In this document: piece by piece, positions 31,795 to 45,878 of the stretch
Position numbering within the stretch: the first letter of the stretch is position 1
Layout: each line of letters begins with the position of its first letter
DNA from: Mytilus trossulus
Lineage: Eukaryota
DNA: 64,000 nucleotides
Assembly (NCBI RefSeq): GCF_036588685.1
Contig: NC_086383.1
Span: 70,990,001 to 71,054,000, forward strand
Reading direction: 5' to 3'
The notes under the pieces: model-generated
The model's database searches: none
The model's input: only the letters and a program-made list of their open reading frames with translations
Told to the model about the DNA's origin: nothing
Program-made: the position numbers and the translations under genes

Positions 31795-34739
31795 TTTGAA
31801 TGATTCAAAATATTATCCTTTACGAAGTTTATACTACGAATAACGATTTGAAAATAACGCCATTCCAGGCCTCGTTTATTTATAACAGACGAACGCGGAC
31901 CTCGACGAAGACACCCTTAAAAATAACTTGTAAAATCCATTACGCGATCTCGGTAAAATGATTATGTGCTTCTTCGAAGACTTTTATGATAATTTATAGT
32001 ATAATTCTATCAAAAACATTCACATATAGCATACCAAATTGCTCAACAGTCATTAATCTTGCATGTTAGATAAACTGTGTATTTTTCGATGTACACAGTA
32101 AAAAGATATTAATAGTTAAAGTAGAACCGACTGAATTGTCTTCGCAGGTATGTTGACAGAAAATTTACGAGTTTTTCTCATTACACAAATATTCTATCGT
32201 CGTAAAATTGTACAGCGGAAGAAAAATCATTTCTCTCTAGGTTTCTTTCCGTTTTTATTCACTGGAAGCATGTTCCTCCTCGTAATAAGTTTGTTTCCAG
32301 CTAGAGGGAAACACACAAAAAGTTCACGCGCCATTGTTTAATTGCAGATTTTTACTAAAACTTCAAATAACATTTTTATTCAACCCGAGCGAAATTTCGC
32401 AAACATTCAAGATTCGAATGAACAAACCCAATATCTAGAATACGAATTTGAAACATCTTTTTATTTAATTTAGCGTTGGGAACTTTTCAGAGAGCGACTT
32501 TGTTTTCAGTGGATCTCAGGCACTGAACAACTGTTCTGTATGATGCGTATTCGCTTTTATTTCCATTTTCATGTACAATTTGCGCTCTTTCAAGTCAAAA
32601 ACTCGAATATGTCTTATAGAATATACCATATTTTTCAACAAAATATATTTAATTAATTTTATTATCAATAACCGATGATCAGAGCTCAAAGTGGCCTGGC
32701 CGCCTGAAAGTTTCGATACAAACAAAAACAAAACACGAAGATTTTTGTAGTTTTATAATTCGAAAGTGGTACATATCATTTGTATCTTAATTGACAATTA
32801 CAAAAGTTCATTTATTTCCCCTAAAAAAGGGGAATGTGTGTCACAGTGAAGACTCTAGCTATACATATGCATTATACCTATATAAGCTATGCAAGTGAAC
32901 CCAGAACCGGTAACGGGTGAAGCAGCATCCCGTGACACGGACGATTAAAAAGAGACGGAAGGACAAAAACACATCAGTGTGAACCATTGGACTTTGGGCA
33001 AAACATTTTCCCACTGTATTGAACTAAACCGCCAGCCCCTCCCCCTTTTTCCAAAAAAAACAAAATCCGGAGAAAAAAGGGGGGATATATAATAGGGTTC
33101 TCTTTTGAAGACATATTAGCATAGCGTTTAATGGATGTTAGTACAAGATGTAATATGCTGTGTGTGTGGTTTTCTTCTTCATTAAGGCCAAATAAAAAAG
33201 AATATGTGTGCTTCCTACTCCCTATCTACCTTATATTTTAAGCTTAGTCATAGCATACCTTAAAGATTTTTTTTTTTTTTATCATTTTCCAATAAGCACA
33301 GATTTTTCAGTCTCCCATGTACGTATATACTAGTAGGCTATGTTTGTGTGTGTCGTTAAGGTGCTGTCATTTCAATATGAAAATAAAGAAGGAGATGTGG
33401 TATGATTGCCAATGAGACAACTATCCACCATAGTTCAAATGAAGTGGATGTAAGCAATTATAGACAACTGTATAGATGATCTTCAAAAATGAGAGAAAAA
33501 AACCTATACCGTGAACCTACAATTCACGCGATACCTGTTATCAGAGAAATAACTTTTTCTTACTTTTGTACCACTGTCCGTCCATCCATCCTTGTGTTTG
33601 TTCATCACAGTAGTCACATGTGACGTCACTGTATTGTTTCGGGTTTATTCACCTCGCGTGCTGTCGACAGATTAAAACGACATAGCAAAGATACAGTCAA
33701 GTCGTCACACACTAAATAACAGAGAGAAAAAAGAAGAGAAAAATCACAGGACAACCATTTGAAAGAAACATAGAAACAAGTAGGTGCATTTATTTTATAC
33801 ACGAGTAAAACAAAGGTGAAATTCTAAAGGTAGAGAATAGTGAAATTTGCATAATAAATCGCAGGTAATAAAATGACAAAATAATTGCAGAACTGTTAAA
33901 TGTTGAACAAAAACCTCCGTACTTTAGAGTTTCCTTCTAAATTTTAATACACAATATTATTGTAGTAATTTTGACAAATAATAAATAAAAAAATAAATAT
34001 ATATAACAGACAAACGTCACTGCATTCATTTGCTACTAATCTGATTTTGACGATACGTTATACATCTTTTGTATTGTGTACATTTTAACAGTTTATTTAT
34101 ATAGTACTGAAAAAAAGTACTGAGTTTAATTTCAGAGTTACCTCCCCATTGGCTAGTTGATATGAAATAGTGAGCCAACCTTTGACTTTGCATACGTGTA
34201 GAAAAAGTCCAACTAAAAATGTCAGTCAAGTTGAACACGAAGAAGAAGAGAGAAATGGAAAAACTCATATAATGACAAAAATGATTTTTCGGTTGAAGGT
34301 TAGCTGTGTGATTTTGACCCCCTTCCCCCTTAAAAAAGAGCACAATAAAACCCTAGCATGACTTCCTATATTCGTAGATTGTCATTCTAACGAAAACTGA
34401 TTAGAAAAAGTTTTATTCAGTTCTAACAAGTGCGTGAAAATACACTGATATAACTTTAATGGTGCCTAACTACACAAAAAATATCCAAAAAAAACAGCTG
34501 CATACTTAGGTGTTAGAAATAGTATAGTCATAAGGAGTGAAATAAAACAAACAATGGAAATAATTTGACCAAAAAAATATTTCAGAGACCAGTGCAAAGT
34601 TCAGAGAAAGTAGGGCTCAGCTAGATTTAGTTTGATAACTAATGTACAACAATTGTAGATTCTTTTTGAATAAATTGGGTAGCCCTTAAAAGGGCTTTTG
34701 GTGGCTGAATAGCCTCTGCAGACTGAAGTCTGGAACAGT

Positions 34740-35315
34740 TTACTTCTTCTTTGGTGTCTTCTTGGCTTTTGGTTTGGCTGCCTTCTTTTTGGCTGGTGAC
34801 TTGGCTGCTGGCTTCTTTGGCTTGGCTGCTTTCTTTGCTGCTGGTTTTTTTGCTTTTGGTTTGGCCGCCTTTTTCTCTCCAGCTGGTTTCTTTGCTGCTG
34901 GCTTCTTTTTCTTGGGTGTGGTCTTTGCCTTCTTAGGCTTGGCGGCCTTAGGTTTGGCTGCTTTTTTTGCCTTTGCTGGCTTCTTTTTAACCACTTTAGC
35001 CTCTCCAATTCTGAAAGAGCCGGATGCTCCAGTTCCCTTGGACTGCTTCAAACTGTTGTTCTTAACTCCGGCTCTGAGTGCAAGTTTTAAATGAGCATTT
35101 ACTGACTTGGCATCTTTTCCGACGTTGAAGTTGGCCATGATGTACTTCAGAATTGCTTGCCTTGAGGAACCTCCACGTTCTTTCAAAGCGGCGATGGCTT
35201 TTCCAATCATCTCGCTGTATTTAGGATGTGCGGAAGGCTTCTTTGGCTTGGCTGCTGCCTTTTTCTTTGGTGATTTAGCTGGTGCTACTGCTGGTGCTGC
35301 TGTTGCGTCTGCCAT
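34740..35315 (-). CDS. H1: Histone H1
   Basis: Identical 191-aa protein. Confidence 0.98.
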   Translation of the reverse strand: MADATAAPAVAPAKSPKKKAAAKPKKPSAHPKYSEMIGKAIAALKERGGSSRQAILKYIMANFNVGKDAKSVNAHLKLALRAGVKNNSLKQSKGTGASGSFRIGEAKVVKKKPAKAKKAAKPKAAKPKKAKTTPKKKKPAAKKPAGEKKAAKPKAKKPAAKKAAKPKKPAAKSPAKKKAAKPKAKKTPKKK

Positions 35316-38260
35316 TTTGAATGATTCAAAATATTATCCTTTACGAAGTTTATACTACGAATAACGATTTGAAAATAACGCCATTCCAGGCCTCGTTTAT
35401 TTATAACAGACGAACGCGGACCTCGACGAAGACACCCTTAAAAATAACTTGTAAAATCCATTACGCGATCTCGGTAAAATGATTATGTGCTTCTTCGAAG
35501 ACTTTTATGATAATTTATAGTATAATTCTATCAAAAACATTCACATATAGCATACCAAATTGCTCAACAGTCATTAATCTTGCATGTTAGATAAACTGTG
35601 TATTTTTCGATGTACACAGTAAAAAGATATTAATAGTTAAAGTAGAACCGACTGAATTGTCTTCGCAGGTATGTTGACAGAAAATTTACGAGTTTTTCTC
35701 ATTACACAAATATTCTATCGTCGTAAAATTGTACAGCGGAAGAAAAATCATTTCTCTCTAGGTTTCTTTCCGTTTTTATTCACTGGAAGCATGTTCCTCC
35801 TCGTAATAAGTTTGTTTCCAGCTAGAGGGAAACACACAAAAAGTTCACGCGCCATTGTTTAATTGCAGATTTTTACTAAAACTTCAAATAACATTTTTAT
35901 TCAACCCGAGCGAAATTTCGCAAACATTCAAGATTCGAATGAACAAACCCAATATCTAGAATACGAATTTGAAACATCTTTTTATTTAATTTAGCGTTGG
36001 GAACTTTTCAGAGAGCGACTTTGTTTTCAGTGGATCTCAGGCACTGAACAACTGTTCTGTATGATGCGTATTCGCTTTTATTTCCATTTTCATGTACAAT
36101 TTGCGCTCTTTCAAGTCAAAAACTCGAATATGTCTTATAGAATATACCATATTTTTCAACAAAATATATTTAATTAATTTTATTATCAATAACCGATGAT
36201 CAGAGCTCAAAGTGGCCTGGCCGCCTGAAAGTTTCGATACAAACAAAAACAAAACACGAAGATTTTTGTAGTTTTATAATTCGAAAGTGGTACATATCAT
36301 TTGTATCTTAATTGACAATTACAAAAGTTCATTTATTTCCCCTAAAAAAGGGGAATGTGTGTCACAGTGAAGACTCTAGCTATACATATGCATTATACCT
36401 ATATAAGCTATGCAAGTGAACCCAGAACCGGTAACGGATGAAGCAGCATCCCGTGACACGGACGATTAAAAAGAGACGGAAGGACAAAAACACATCAGTG
36501 TGAACCATTGGACTTTGGGCAAAACATTTTCCCACTGTATTGAACTAAACCGCCAGCCCCTCCCCCTTTTTCCAAAAAAAACAAAATCCGGAGAAAAAAG
36601 GGGGGATATATAATAGGGTTCTCTTTTGAAGACATATTAGCATAGCGTTTAATGGATGTTAGTACAAGATGTAATATGCTGTGTGTGTGGTTTTCTTCTT
36701 CATTAAGGCCAAATAAAAAAGAATATGTGTGCTTCCTACTCCCTATCTACCTTATATTTTAAGCTTAGTCATAGCATACCTTAAAGATTTTTTTTTTTTT
36801 TATCATTTTCCAATAAGCACAGATTTTTCAGTCTCCCATGTACGTATATACTAGTAGGCTATGTTTGTGTGTGTCGTTAAGGTGCTGTCATTTCAATATG
36901 AAAATAAAGAAGGAGATGTGGTATGATTGCCAATGAGACAACTATCCACCATAGTTCAAATGAAGTGGATGTAAGCAATTATAGACAACTGTATAGATGA
37001 TCTTCAAAAATGAGAGAAAAAAACCTATACCGTGAACCTACAATTCACGCGATACCTGTTATCAGAGAAATAACTTTTTCTTACTTTTGTACCACTGTCC
37101 GTCCATCCATCCTTGTGTTTGTTCATCACAGTAGTCACATGTGACGTCACTGTATTGTTTCGGGTTTATTCACCTCGCGTGCTGTCGACAGATTAAAACG
37201 ACATAGCAAAGATACAGTCAAGTCGTCACACACTAAATAACAGAGAGAAAAAAGAAGAGAAAAATCACAGGACAACCATTTGAAAGAAACATAGAAACAA
37301 GTAGGTGCATTTATTTTATACACGAGTAAAACAAAGGTGAAATTCTAAAGGTAGAGAATAGTGAAATTTGCATAATAAATCGCAGGTAATAAAATGACAA
37401 AATAATTGCAGAACTGTTAAATGTTGAACAAAAACCTCCGTACTTTAGAGTTTCCTTCTAAATTTTAATACACAATATTATTGTAGTAATTTTGACAAAT
37501 AATAAATAAAAAAATAAATATATATAACAGACAAACGTCACTGCATTCATTTGCTACTAATCTGATTTTGACGATACGTTATACATCTTTTGTATTGTGT
37601 ACATTTTAACAGTTTATTTATATAGTACTGAAAAAAAGTACTGAGTTTAATTTCAGAGTTACCTCCCCATTGGCTAGTTGATATGAAATAGTGAGCCAAC
37701 CTTTGACTTTGCATACGTGTAGAAAAAGTCCAACTAAAAATGTCAGTCAAGTTGAACACGAAGAAGAAGAGAGAAATGGAAAAACTCATATAATGACAAA
37801 AATGATTTTTCGGTTGAAGGTTAGCTGTGTGATTTTGACCCCCTTCCCCCTTAAAAAAGAGCACAATAAAACCCTAGCATGACTTCCTATATTCGTAGAT
37901 TGTCATTCTAACGAAAACTGATTAGAAAAAGTTTTATTCAGTTCTAACAAGTGCGTGAAAATACACTGATATAACTTTAATGGTGCCTAACTACACAAAA
38001 AATATCCAAAAAAAACAGCTGCATACTTAGGTGTTAGAAATAGTATAGTCATAAGGAGTGAAATAAAACAAACAATGGAAATAATTTGACCAAAAAAATA
38101 TTTCAGAGACCAGTGCAAAGTTCAGAGAAAGTAGGGCTCAGCTAGATTTAGTTTGATAACTAATGTACAACAATTGTAGATTCTTTTTGAATAAATTGGG
38201 TAGCCCTTAAAAGGGCTTTTGGTGGCTGAATAGCCTCTGCAGACTGAAGTCTGGAACAGT

Positions 38261-38836
38261 TTACTTCTTCTTTGGTGTCTTCTTGGCTTTTGGTTTGGCT
38301 GCCTTCTTTTTGGCTGGTGACTTGGCTGCTGGCTTCTTTGGCTTGGCTGCTTTCTTTGCTGCTGGTTTTTTTGCTTTTGGTTTGGCCGCCTTTTTCTCTC
38401 CAGCTGGTTTCTTTGCTGCTGGCTTCTTTTTCTTGGGTGTGGTCTTTGCCTTCTTAGGCTTGGCGGCCTTAGGTTTGGCTGCTTTTTTTGCCTTTGCTGG
38501 CTTCTTTTTAACCACTTTAGCCTCTCCAATTCTGAAAGAGCCGGATGCTCCAGTTCCCTTGGACTGCTTCAAACTGTTGTTCTTAACTCCGGCTCTGAGT
38601 GCAAGTTTTAAATGAGCATTTACTGACTTGGCATCTTTTCCGACGTTGAAGTTGGCCATGATGTACTTCAGAATTGCTTGCCTTGAGGAACCTCCACGTT
38701 CTTTCAAAGCGGCGATGGCTTTTCCAATCATCTCGCTGTATTTAGGATGTGCGGAAGGCTTCTTTGGCTTGGCTGCTGCCTTTTTCTTTGGTGATTTAGC
38801 TGGTGCTACTGCTGGTGCTGCTGTTGCGTCTGCCAT
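38261..38836 (-). CDS. H1: Histone H1
   Basis: Identical 191-aa protein. Confidence 0.98.
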   Translation of the reverse strand: MADATAAPAVAPAKSPKKKAAAKPKKPSAHPKYSEMIGKAIAALKERGGSSRQAILKYIMANFNVGKDAKSVNAHLKLALRAGVKNNSLKQSKGTGASGSFRIGEAKVVKKKPAKAKKAAKPKAAKPKKAKTTPKKKKPAAKKPAGEKKAAKPKAKKPAAKKAAKPKKPAAKSPAKKKAAKPKAKKTPKKK

Positions 38837-41781
38837 TTTGAATGATTCAAAATATTATCCTTTACGAAGTTTATACTACGAATAACGATTTGAAAATAAC
38901 GCCATTCCAGGCCTCGTTTATTTATAACAGACGAACGCGGACCTCGACGAAGACACCCTTAAAAATAACTTGTAAAATCCATTACGCGATCTCGGTAAAA
39001 TGATTATGTGCTTCTTCGAAGACTTTTATGATAATTTATAGTATAATTCTATCAAAAACATTCACATATAGCATACCAAATTGCTCAACAGTCATTAATC
39101 TTGCATGTTAGATAAACTGTGTATTTTTCGATGTACACAGTAAAAAGATATTAATAGTTAAAGTAGAACCGACTGAATTGTCTTCGCAGGTATGTTGACA
39201 GAAAATTTACGAGTTTTTCTCATTACACAAATATTCTATCGTCGTAAAATTGTACAGCGGAAGAAAAATCATTTCTCTCTAGGTTTCTTTCCGTTTTTAT
39301 TCACTGGAAGCATGTTCCTCCTCGTAATAAGTTTGTTTCCAGCTAGAGGGAAACACACAAAAAGTTCACGCGCCATTGTTTAATTGCAGATTTTTACTAA
39401 AACTTCAAATAACATTTTTATTCAACCCGAGCGAAATTTCGCAAACATTCAAGATTCGAATGAACAAACCCAATATCTAGAATACGAATTTGAAACATCT
39501 TTTTATTTAATTTAGCGTTGGGAACTTTTCAGAGAGCGACTTTGTTTTCAGTGGATCTCAGGCACTGAACAACTGTTCTGTATGATGCGTATTCGCTTTT
39601 ATTTCCATTTTCATGTACAATTTGCGCTCTTTCAAGTCAAAAACTCGAATATGTCTTATAGAATATACCATATTTTTCAACAAAATATATTTAATTAATT
39701 TTATTATCAATAACCGATGATCAGAGCTCAAAGTGGCCTGGCCGCCTGAAAGTTTCGATACAAACAAAAACAAAACACGAAGATTTTTGTAGTTTTATAA
39801 TTCGAAAGTGGTACATATCATTTGTATCTTAATTGACAATTACAAAAGTTCATTTATTTCCCCTAAAAAAGGGGAATGTGTGTCACAGTGAAGACTCTAG
39901 CTATACATATGCATTATACCTATATAAGCTATGCAAGTGAACCCAGAACCGGTAACGGGTGAAGCAGCATCCCGTGACACGGACGATTAAAAAGAGACGG
40001 AAGGACAAAAACACATCAGTGTGAACCATTGGACTTTGGGCAAAACATTTTCCCACTGTATTGAACTAAACCGCCAGCCCCTCCCCCTTTTTCCAAAAAA
40101 AACAAAATCCGGAGAAAAAAGGGGGGATATATAATAGGGTTCTCTTTTGAAGACATATTAGCATAGCGTTTAATGGATGTTAGTACAAGATGTAATATGC
40201 TGTGTGTGTGGTTTTCTTCTTCATTAAGGCCAAATAAAAAAGAATATGTGTGCTTCCTACTCCCTATCTACCTTATATTTTAAGCTTAGTCATAGCATAC
40301 CTTAAAGATTTTTTTTTTTTTTATCATTTTCCAATAAGCACAGATTTTTCAGTCTCCCATGTACGTATATACTAGTAGGCTATGTTTGTGTGTGTCGTTA
40401 AGGTGCTGTCATTTCAATATGAAAATAAAGAAGGAGATGTGGTATGATTGCCAATGAGACAACTATCCACCATAGTTCAAATGAAGTGGATGTAAGCAAT
40501 TATAGACAACTGTATAGATGATCTTCAAAAATGAGAGAAAAAAACCTATACCGTGAACCTACAATTCACGCGATACCTGTTATCAGAGAAATAACTTTTT
40601 CTTACTTTTGTACCACTGTCCGTCCATCCATCCTTGTGTTTGTTCATCACAGTAGTCACATGTGACGTCACTGTATTGTTTCGGGTTTATTCACCTCGCG
40701 TGCTGTCGACAGATTAAAACGACATAGCAAAGATACAGTCAAGTCGTCACACACTAAATAACAGAGAGAAAAAAGAAGAGAAAAATCACAGGACAACCAT
40801 TTGAAAGAAACATAGAAACAAGTAGGTGCATTTATTTTATACACGAGTAAAACAAAGGTGAAATTCTAAAGGTAGAGAATAGTGAAATTTGCATAATAAA
40901 TCGCAGGTAATAAAATGACAAAATAATTGCAGAACTGTTAAATGTTGAACAAAAACCTCCGTACTTTAGAGTTTCCTTCTAAATTTTAATACACAATATT
41001 ATTGTAGTAATTTTGACAAATAATAAATAAAAAAATAAATATATATAACAGACAAACGTCACTGCATTCATTTGCTACTAATCTGATTTTGACGATACGT
41101 TATACATCTTTTGTATTGTGTACATTTTAACAGTTTATTTATATAGTACTGAAAAAAAGTACTGAGTTTAATTTCAGAGTTACCTCCCCATTGGCTAGTT
41201 GATATGAAATAGTGAGCCAACCTTTGACTTTGCATACGTGTAGAAAAAGTCCAACTAAAAATGTCAGTCAAGTTGAACACGAAGAAGAAGAGAGAAATGG
41301 AAAAACTCATATAATGACAAAAATGATTTTTCGGTTGAAGGTTAGCTGTGTGATTTTGACCCCCTTCCCCCTTAAAAAAGAGCACAATAAAACCCTAGCA
41401 TGACTTCCTATATTCGTAGATTGTCATTCTAACGAAAACTGATTAGAAAAAGTTTTATTCAGTTCTAACAAGTGCGTGAAAATACACTGATATAACTTTA
41501 ATGGTGCCTAACTACACAAAAAATATCCAAAAAAAACAGCTGCATACTTAGGTGTTAGAAATAGTATAGTCATAAGGAGTGAAATAAAACAAACAATGGA
41601 AATAATTTGACCAAAAAAATATTTCAGAGACCAGTGCAAAGTTCAGAGAAAGTAGGGCTCAGCTAGATTTAGTTTGATAACTAATGTACAACAATTGTAG
41701 ATTCTTTTTGAATAAATTGGGTAGCCCTTAAAAGGGCTTTTGGTGGCTGAATAGCCTCTGCAGACTGAAGTCTGGAACAGT

Positions 41782-42357
41782 TTACTTCTTCTTTGGTGTC
41801 TTCTTGGCTTTTGGTTTGGCTGCCTTCTTTTTGGCTGGTGACTTGGCTGCTGGCTTCTTTGGCTTGGCTGCTTTCTTTGCTGCTGGTTTTTTTGCTTTTG
41901 GTTTGGCCGCCTTTTTCTCTCCAGCTGGTTTCTTTGCTGCTGGCTTCTTTTTCTTGGGTGTGGTCTTTGCCTTCTTAGGCTTGGCGGCCTTAGGTTTGGC
42001 TGCTTTTTTTGCCTTTGCTGGCTTCTTTTTAACCACTTTAGCCTCTCCAATTCTGAAAGAGCCGGATGCTCCAGTTCCCTTGGACTGCTTCAAACTGTTG
42101 TTCTTAACTCCGGCTCTGAGTGCAAGTTTTAAATGAGCATTTACTGACTTGGCATCTTTTCCGACGTTGAAGTTGGCCATGATGTACTTCAGAATTGCTT
42201 GCCTTGAGGAACCTCCACGTTCTTTCAAAGCGGCGATGGCTTTTCCAATCATCTCGCTGTATTTAGGATGTGCGGAAGGCTTCTTTGGCTTGGCTGCTGC
42301 CTTTTTCTTTGGTGATTTAGCTGGTGCTACTGCTGGTGCTGCTGTTGCGTCTGCCAT
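41782..42357 (-). CDS. H1: Histone H1
   Basis: Identical 191-aa protein. Confidence 0.98.
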   Translation of the reverse strand: MADATAAPAVAPAKSPKKKAAAKPKKPSAHPKYSEMIGKAIAALKERGGSSRQAILKYIMANFNVGKDAKSVNAHLKLALRAGVKNNSLKQSKGTGASGSFRIGEAKVVKKKPAKAKKAAKPKAAKPKKAKTTPKKKKPAAKKPAGEKKAAKPKAKKPAAKKAAKPKKPAAKSPAKKKAAKPKAKKTPKKK

Positions 42358-45302
42358 TTTGAATGATTCAAAATATTATCCTTTACGAAGTTTATACTAC
42401 GAATAACGATTTGAAAATAACGCCATTCCAGGCCTCGTTTATTTATAACAGACGAACGCGGACCTCGACGAAGACACCCTTAAAAATAACTTGTAAAATC
42501 CATTACGCGATCTCGGTAAAATGATTATGTGCTTCTTCGAAGACTTTTATGATAATTTATAGTATAATTCTATCAAAAACATTCACATATAGCATACCAA
42601 ATTGCTCAACAGTCATTAATCTTGCATGTTAGATAAACTGTGTATTTTTCGATGTACACAGTAAAAAGATATTAATAGTTAAAGTAGAACCGACTGAATT
42701 GTCTTCGCAGGTATGTTGACAGAAAATTTACGAGTTTTTCTCATTACACAAATATTCTATCGTCGTAAAATTGTACAGCGGAAGAAAAATCATTTCTCTC
42801 TAGGTTTCTTTCCGTTTTTATTCACTGGAAGCATGTTCCTCCTCGTAATAAGTTTGTTTCCAGCTAGAGGGAAACACACAAAAAGTTCACGCGCCATTGT
42901 TTAATTGCAGATTTTTACTAAAACTTCAAATAACATTTTTATTCAACCCGAGCGAAATTTCGCAAACATTCAAGATTCGAATGAACAAACCCAATATCTA
43001 GAATACGAATTTGAAACATCTTTTTATTTAATTTAGCGTTGGGAACTTTTCAGAGAGCGACTTTGTTTTCAGTGGATCTCAGGCACTGAACAACTGTTCT
43101 GTATGATGCGTATTCGCTTTTATTTCCATTTTCATGTACAATTTGCGCTCTTTCAAGTCAAAAACTCGAATATGTCTTATAGAATATACCATATTTTTCA
43201 ACAAAATATATTTAATTAATTTTATTATCAATAACCGATGATCAGAGCTCAAAGTGGCCTGGCCGCCTGAAAGTTTCGATACAAACAAAAACAAAACACG
43301 AAGATTTTTGTAGTTTTATAATTCGAAAGTGGTACATATCATTTGTATCTTAATTGACAATTACAAAAGTTCATTTATTTCCCCTAAAAAAGGGGAATGT
43401 GTGTCACAGTGAAGACTCTAGCTATACATATGCATTATACCTATATAAGCTATGCAAGTGAACCCAGAACCGGTAACGGGTGAAGCAGCATCCCGTGACA
43501 CGGACGATTAAAAAGAGACGGAAGGACAAAAACACATCAGTGTGAACCATTGGACTTTGGGCAAAACATTTTCCCACTGTATTGAACTAAACCGCCAGCC
43601 CCTCCCCCTTTTTCCAAAAAAAACAAAATCCGGAGAAAAAAGGGGGGATATATAATAGGGTTCTCTTTTGAAGACATATTAGCATAGCGTTTAATGGATG
43701 TTAGTACAAGATGTAATATGCTGTGTGTGTGGTTTTCTTCTTCATTAAGGCCAAATAAAAAAGAATATGTGTGCTTCCTACTCCCTATCTACCTTATATT
43801 TTAAGCTTAGTCATAGCATACCTTAAAGATTTTTTTTTTTTTTATCATTTTCCAATAAGCACAGATTTTTCAGTCTCCCATGTACGTATATACTAGTAGG
43901 CTATGTTTGTGTGTGTCGTTAAGGTGCTGTCATTTCAATATGAAAATAAAGAAGGAGATGTGGTATGATTGCCAATGAGACAACTATCCACCATAGTTCA
44001 AATGAAGTGGATGTAAGCAATTATAGACAACTGTATAGATGATCTTCAAAAATGAGAGAAAAAAACCTATACCGTGAACCTACAATTCACGCGATACCTG
44101 TTATCAGAGAAATAACTTTTTCTTACTTTTGTACCACTGTCCGTCCATCCATCCTTGTGTTTGTTCATCACAGTAGTCACATGTGACGTCACTGTATTGT
44201 TTCGGGTTTATTCACCTCGCGTGCTGTCGACAGATTAAAACGACATAGCAAAGATACAGTCAAGTCGTCACACACTAAATAACAGAGAGAAAAAAGAAGA
44301 GAAAAATCACAGGACAACCATTTGAAAGAAACATAGAAACAAGTAGGTGCATTTATTTTATACACGAGTAAAACAAAGGTGAAATTCTAAAGGTAGAGAA
44401 TAGTGAAATTTGCATAATAAATCGCAGGTAATAAAATGACAAAATAATTGCAGAACTGTTAAATGTTGAACAAAAACCTCCGTACTTTAGAGTTTCCTTC
44501 TAAATTTTAATACACAATATTATTGTAGTAATTTTGACAAATAATAAATAAAAAAATAAATATATATAACAGACAAACGTCACTGCATTCATTTGCTACT
44601 AATCTGATTTTGACGATACGTTATACATCTTTTGTATTGTGTACATTTTAACAGTTTATTTATATAGTACTGAAAAAAAGTACTGAGTTTAATTTCAGAG
44701 TTACCTCCCCATTGGCTAGTTGATATGAAATAGTGAGCCAACCTTTGACTTTGCATACGTGTAGAAAAAGTCCAACTAAAAATGTCAGTCAAGTTGAACA
44801 CGAAGAAGAAGAGAGAAATGGAAAAACTCATATAATGACAAAAATGATTTTTCGGTTGAAGGTTAGCTGTGTGATTTTGACCCCCTTCCCCCTTAAAAAA
44901 GAGCACAATAAAACCCTAGCATGACTTCCTATATTCGTAGATTGTCATTCTAACGAAAACTGATTAGAAAAAGTTTTATTCAGTTCTAACAAGTGCGTGA
45001 AAATACACTGATATAACTTTAATGGTGCCTAACTACACAAAAAATATCCAAAAAAAACAGCTGCATACTTAGGTGTTAGAAATAGTATAGTCATAAGGAG
45101 TGAAATAAAACAAACAATGGAAATAATTTGACCAAAAAAATATTTCAGAGACCAGTGCAAAGTTCAGAGAAAGTAGGGCTCAGCTAGATTTAGTTTGATA
45201 ACTAATGTACAACAATTGTAGATTCTTTTTGAATAAATTGGGTAGCCCTTAAAAGGGCTTTTGGTGGCTGAATAGCCTCTGCAGACTGAAGTCTGGAACA
45301 GT

Positions 45303-45878
45303 TTACTTCTTCTTTGGTGTCTTCTTGGCTTTTGGTTTGGCTGCCTTCTTTTTGGCTGGTGACTTGGCTGCTGGCTTCTTTGGCTTGGCTGCTTTCTTTG
45401 CTGCTGGTTTTTTTGCTTTTGGTTTGGCCGCCTTTTTCTCTCCAGCTGGTTTCTTTGCTGCTGGCTTCTTTTTCTTGGGTGTGGTCTTTGCCTTCTTAGG
45501 CTTGGCGGCCTTAGGTTTGGCTGCTTTTTTTGCCTTTGCTGGCTTCTTTTTAACCACTTTAGCCTCTCCAATTCTGAAAGAGCCGGATGCTCCAGTTCCC
45601 TTGGACTGCTTCAAACTGTTGTTCTTAACTCCGGCTCTGAGTGCAAGTTTTAAATGAGCATTTACTGACTTGGCATCTTTTCCGACGTTGAAGTTGGCCA
45701 TGATGTACTTCAGAATTGCTTGCCTTGAGGAACCTCCACGTTCTTTCAAAGCGGCGATGGCTTTTCCAATCATCTCGCTGTATTTAGGATGTGCGGAAGG
45801 CTTCTTTGGCTTGGCTGCTGCCTTTTTCTTTGGTGATTTAGCTGGTGCTACTGCTGGTGCTGCTGTTGCGTCTGCCAT
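45303..45878 (-). CDS. H1: Histone H1
   Basis: Identical 191-aa protein. Confidence 0.98.
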   Translation of the reverse strand: MADATAAPAVAPAKSPKKKAAAKPKKPSAHPKYSEMIGKAIAALKERGGSSRQAILKYIMANFNVGKDAKSVNAHLKLALRAGVKNNSLKQSKGTGASGSFRIGEAKVVKKKPAKAKKAAKPKAAKPKKAKTTPKKKKPAAKKPAGEKKAAKPKAKKPAAKKAAKPKKPAAKSPAKKKAAKPKAKKTPKKK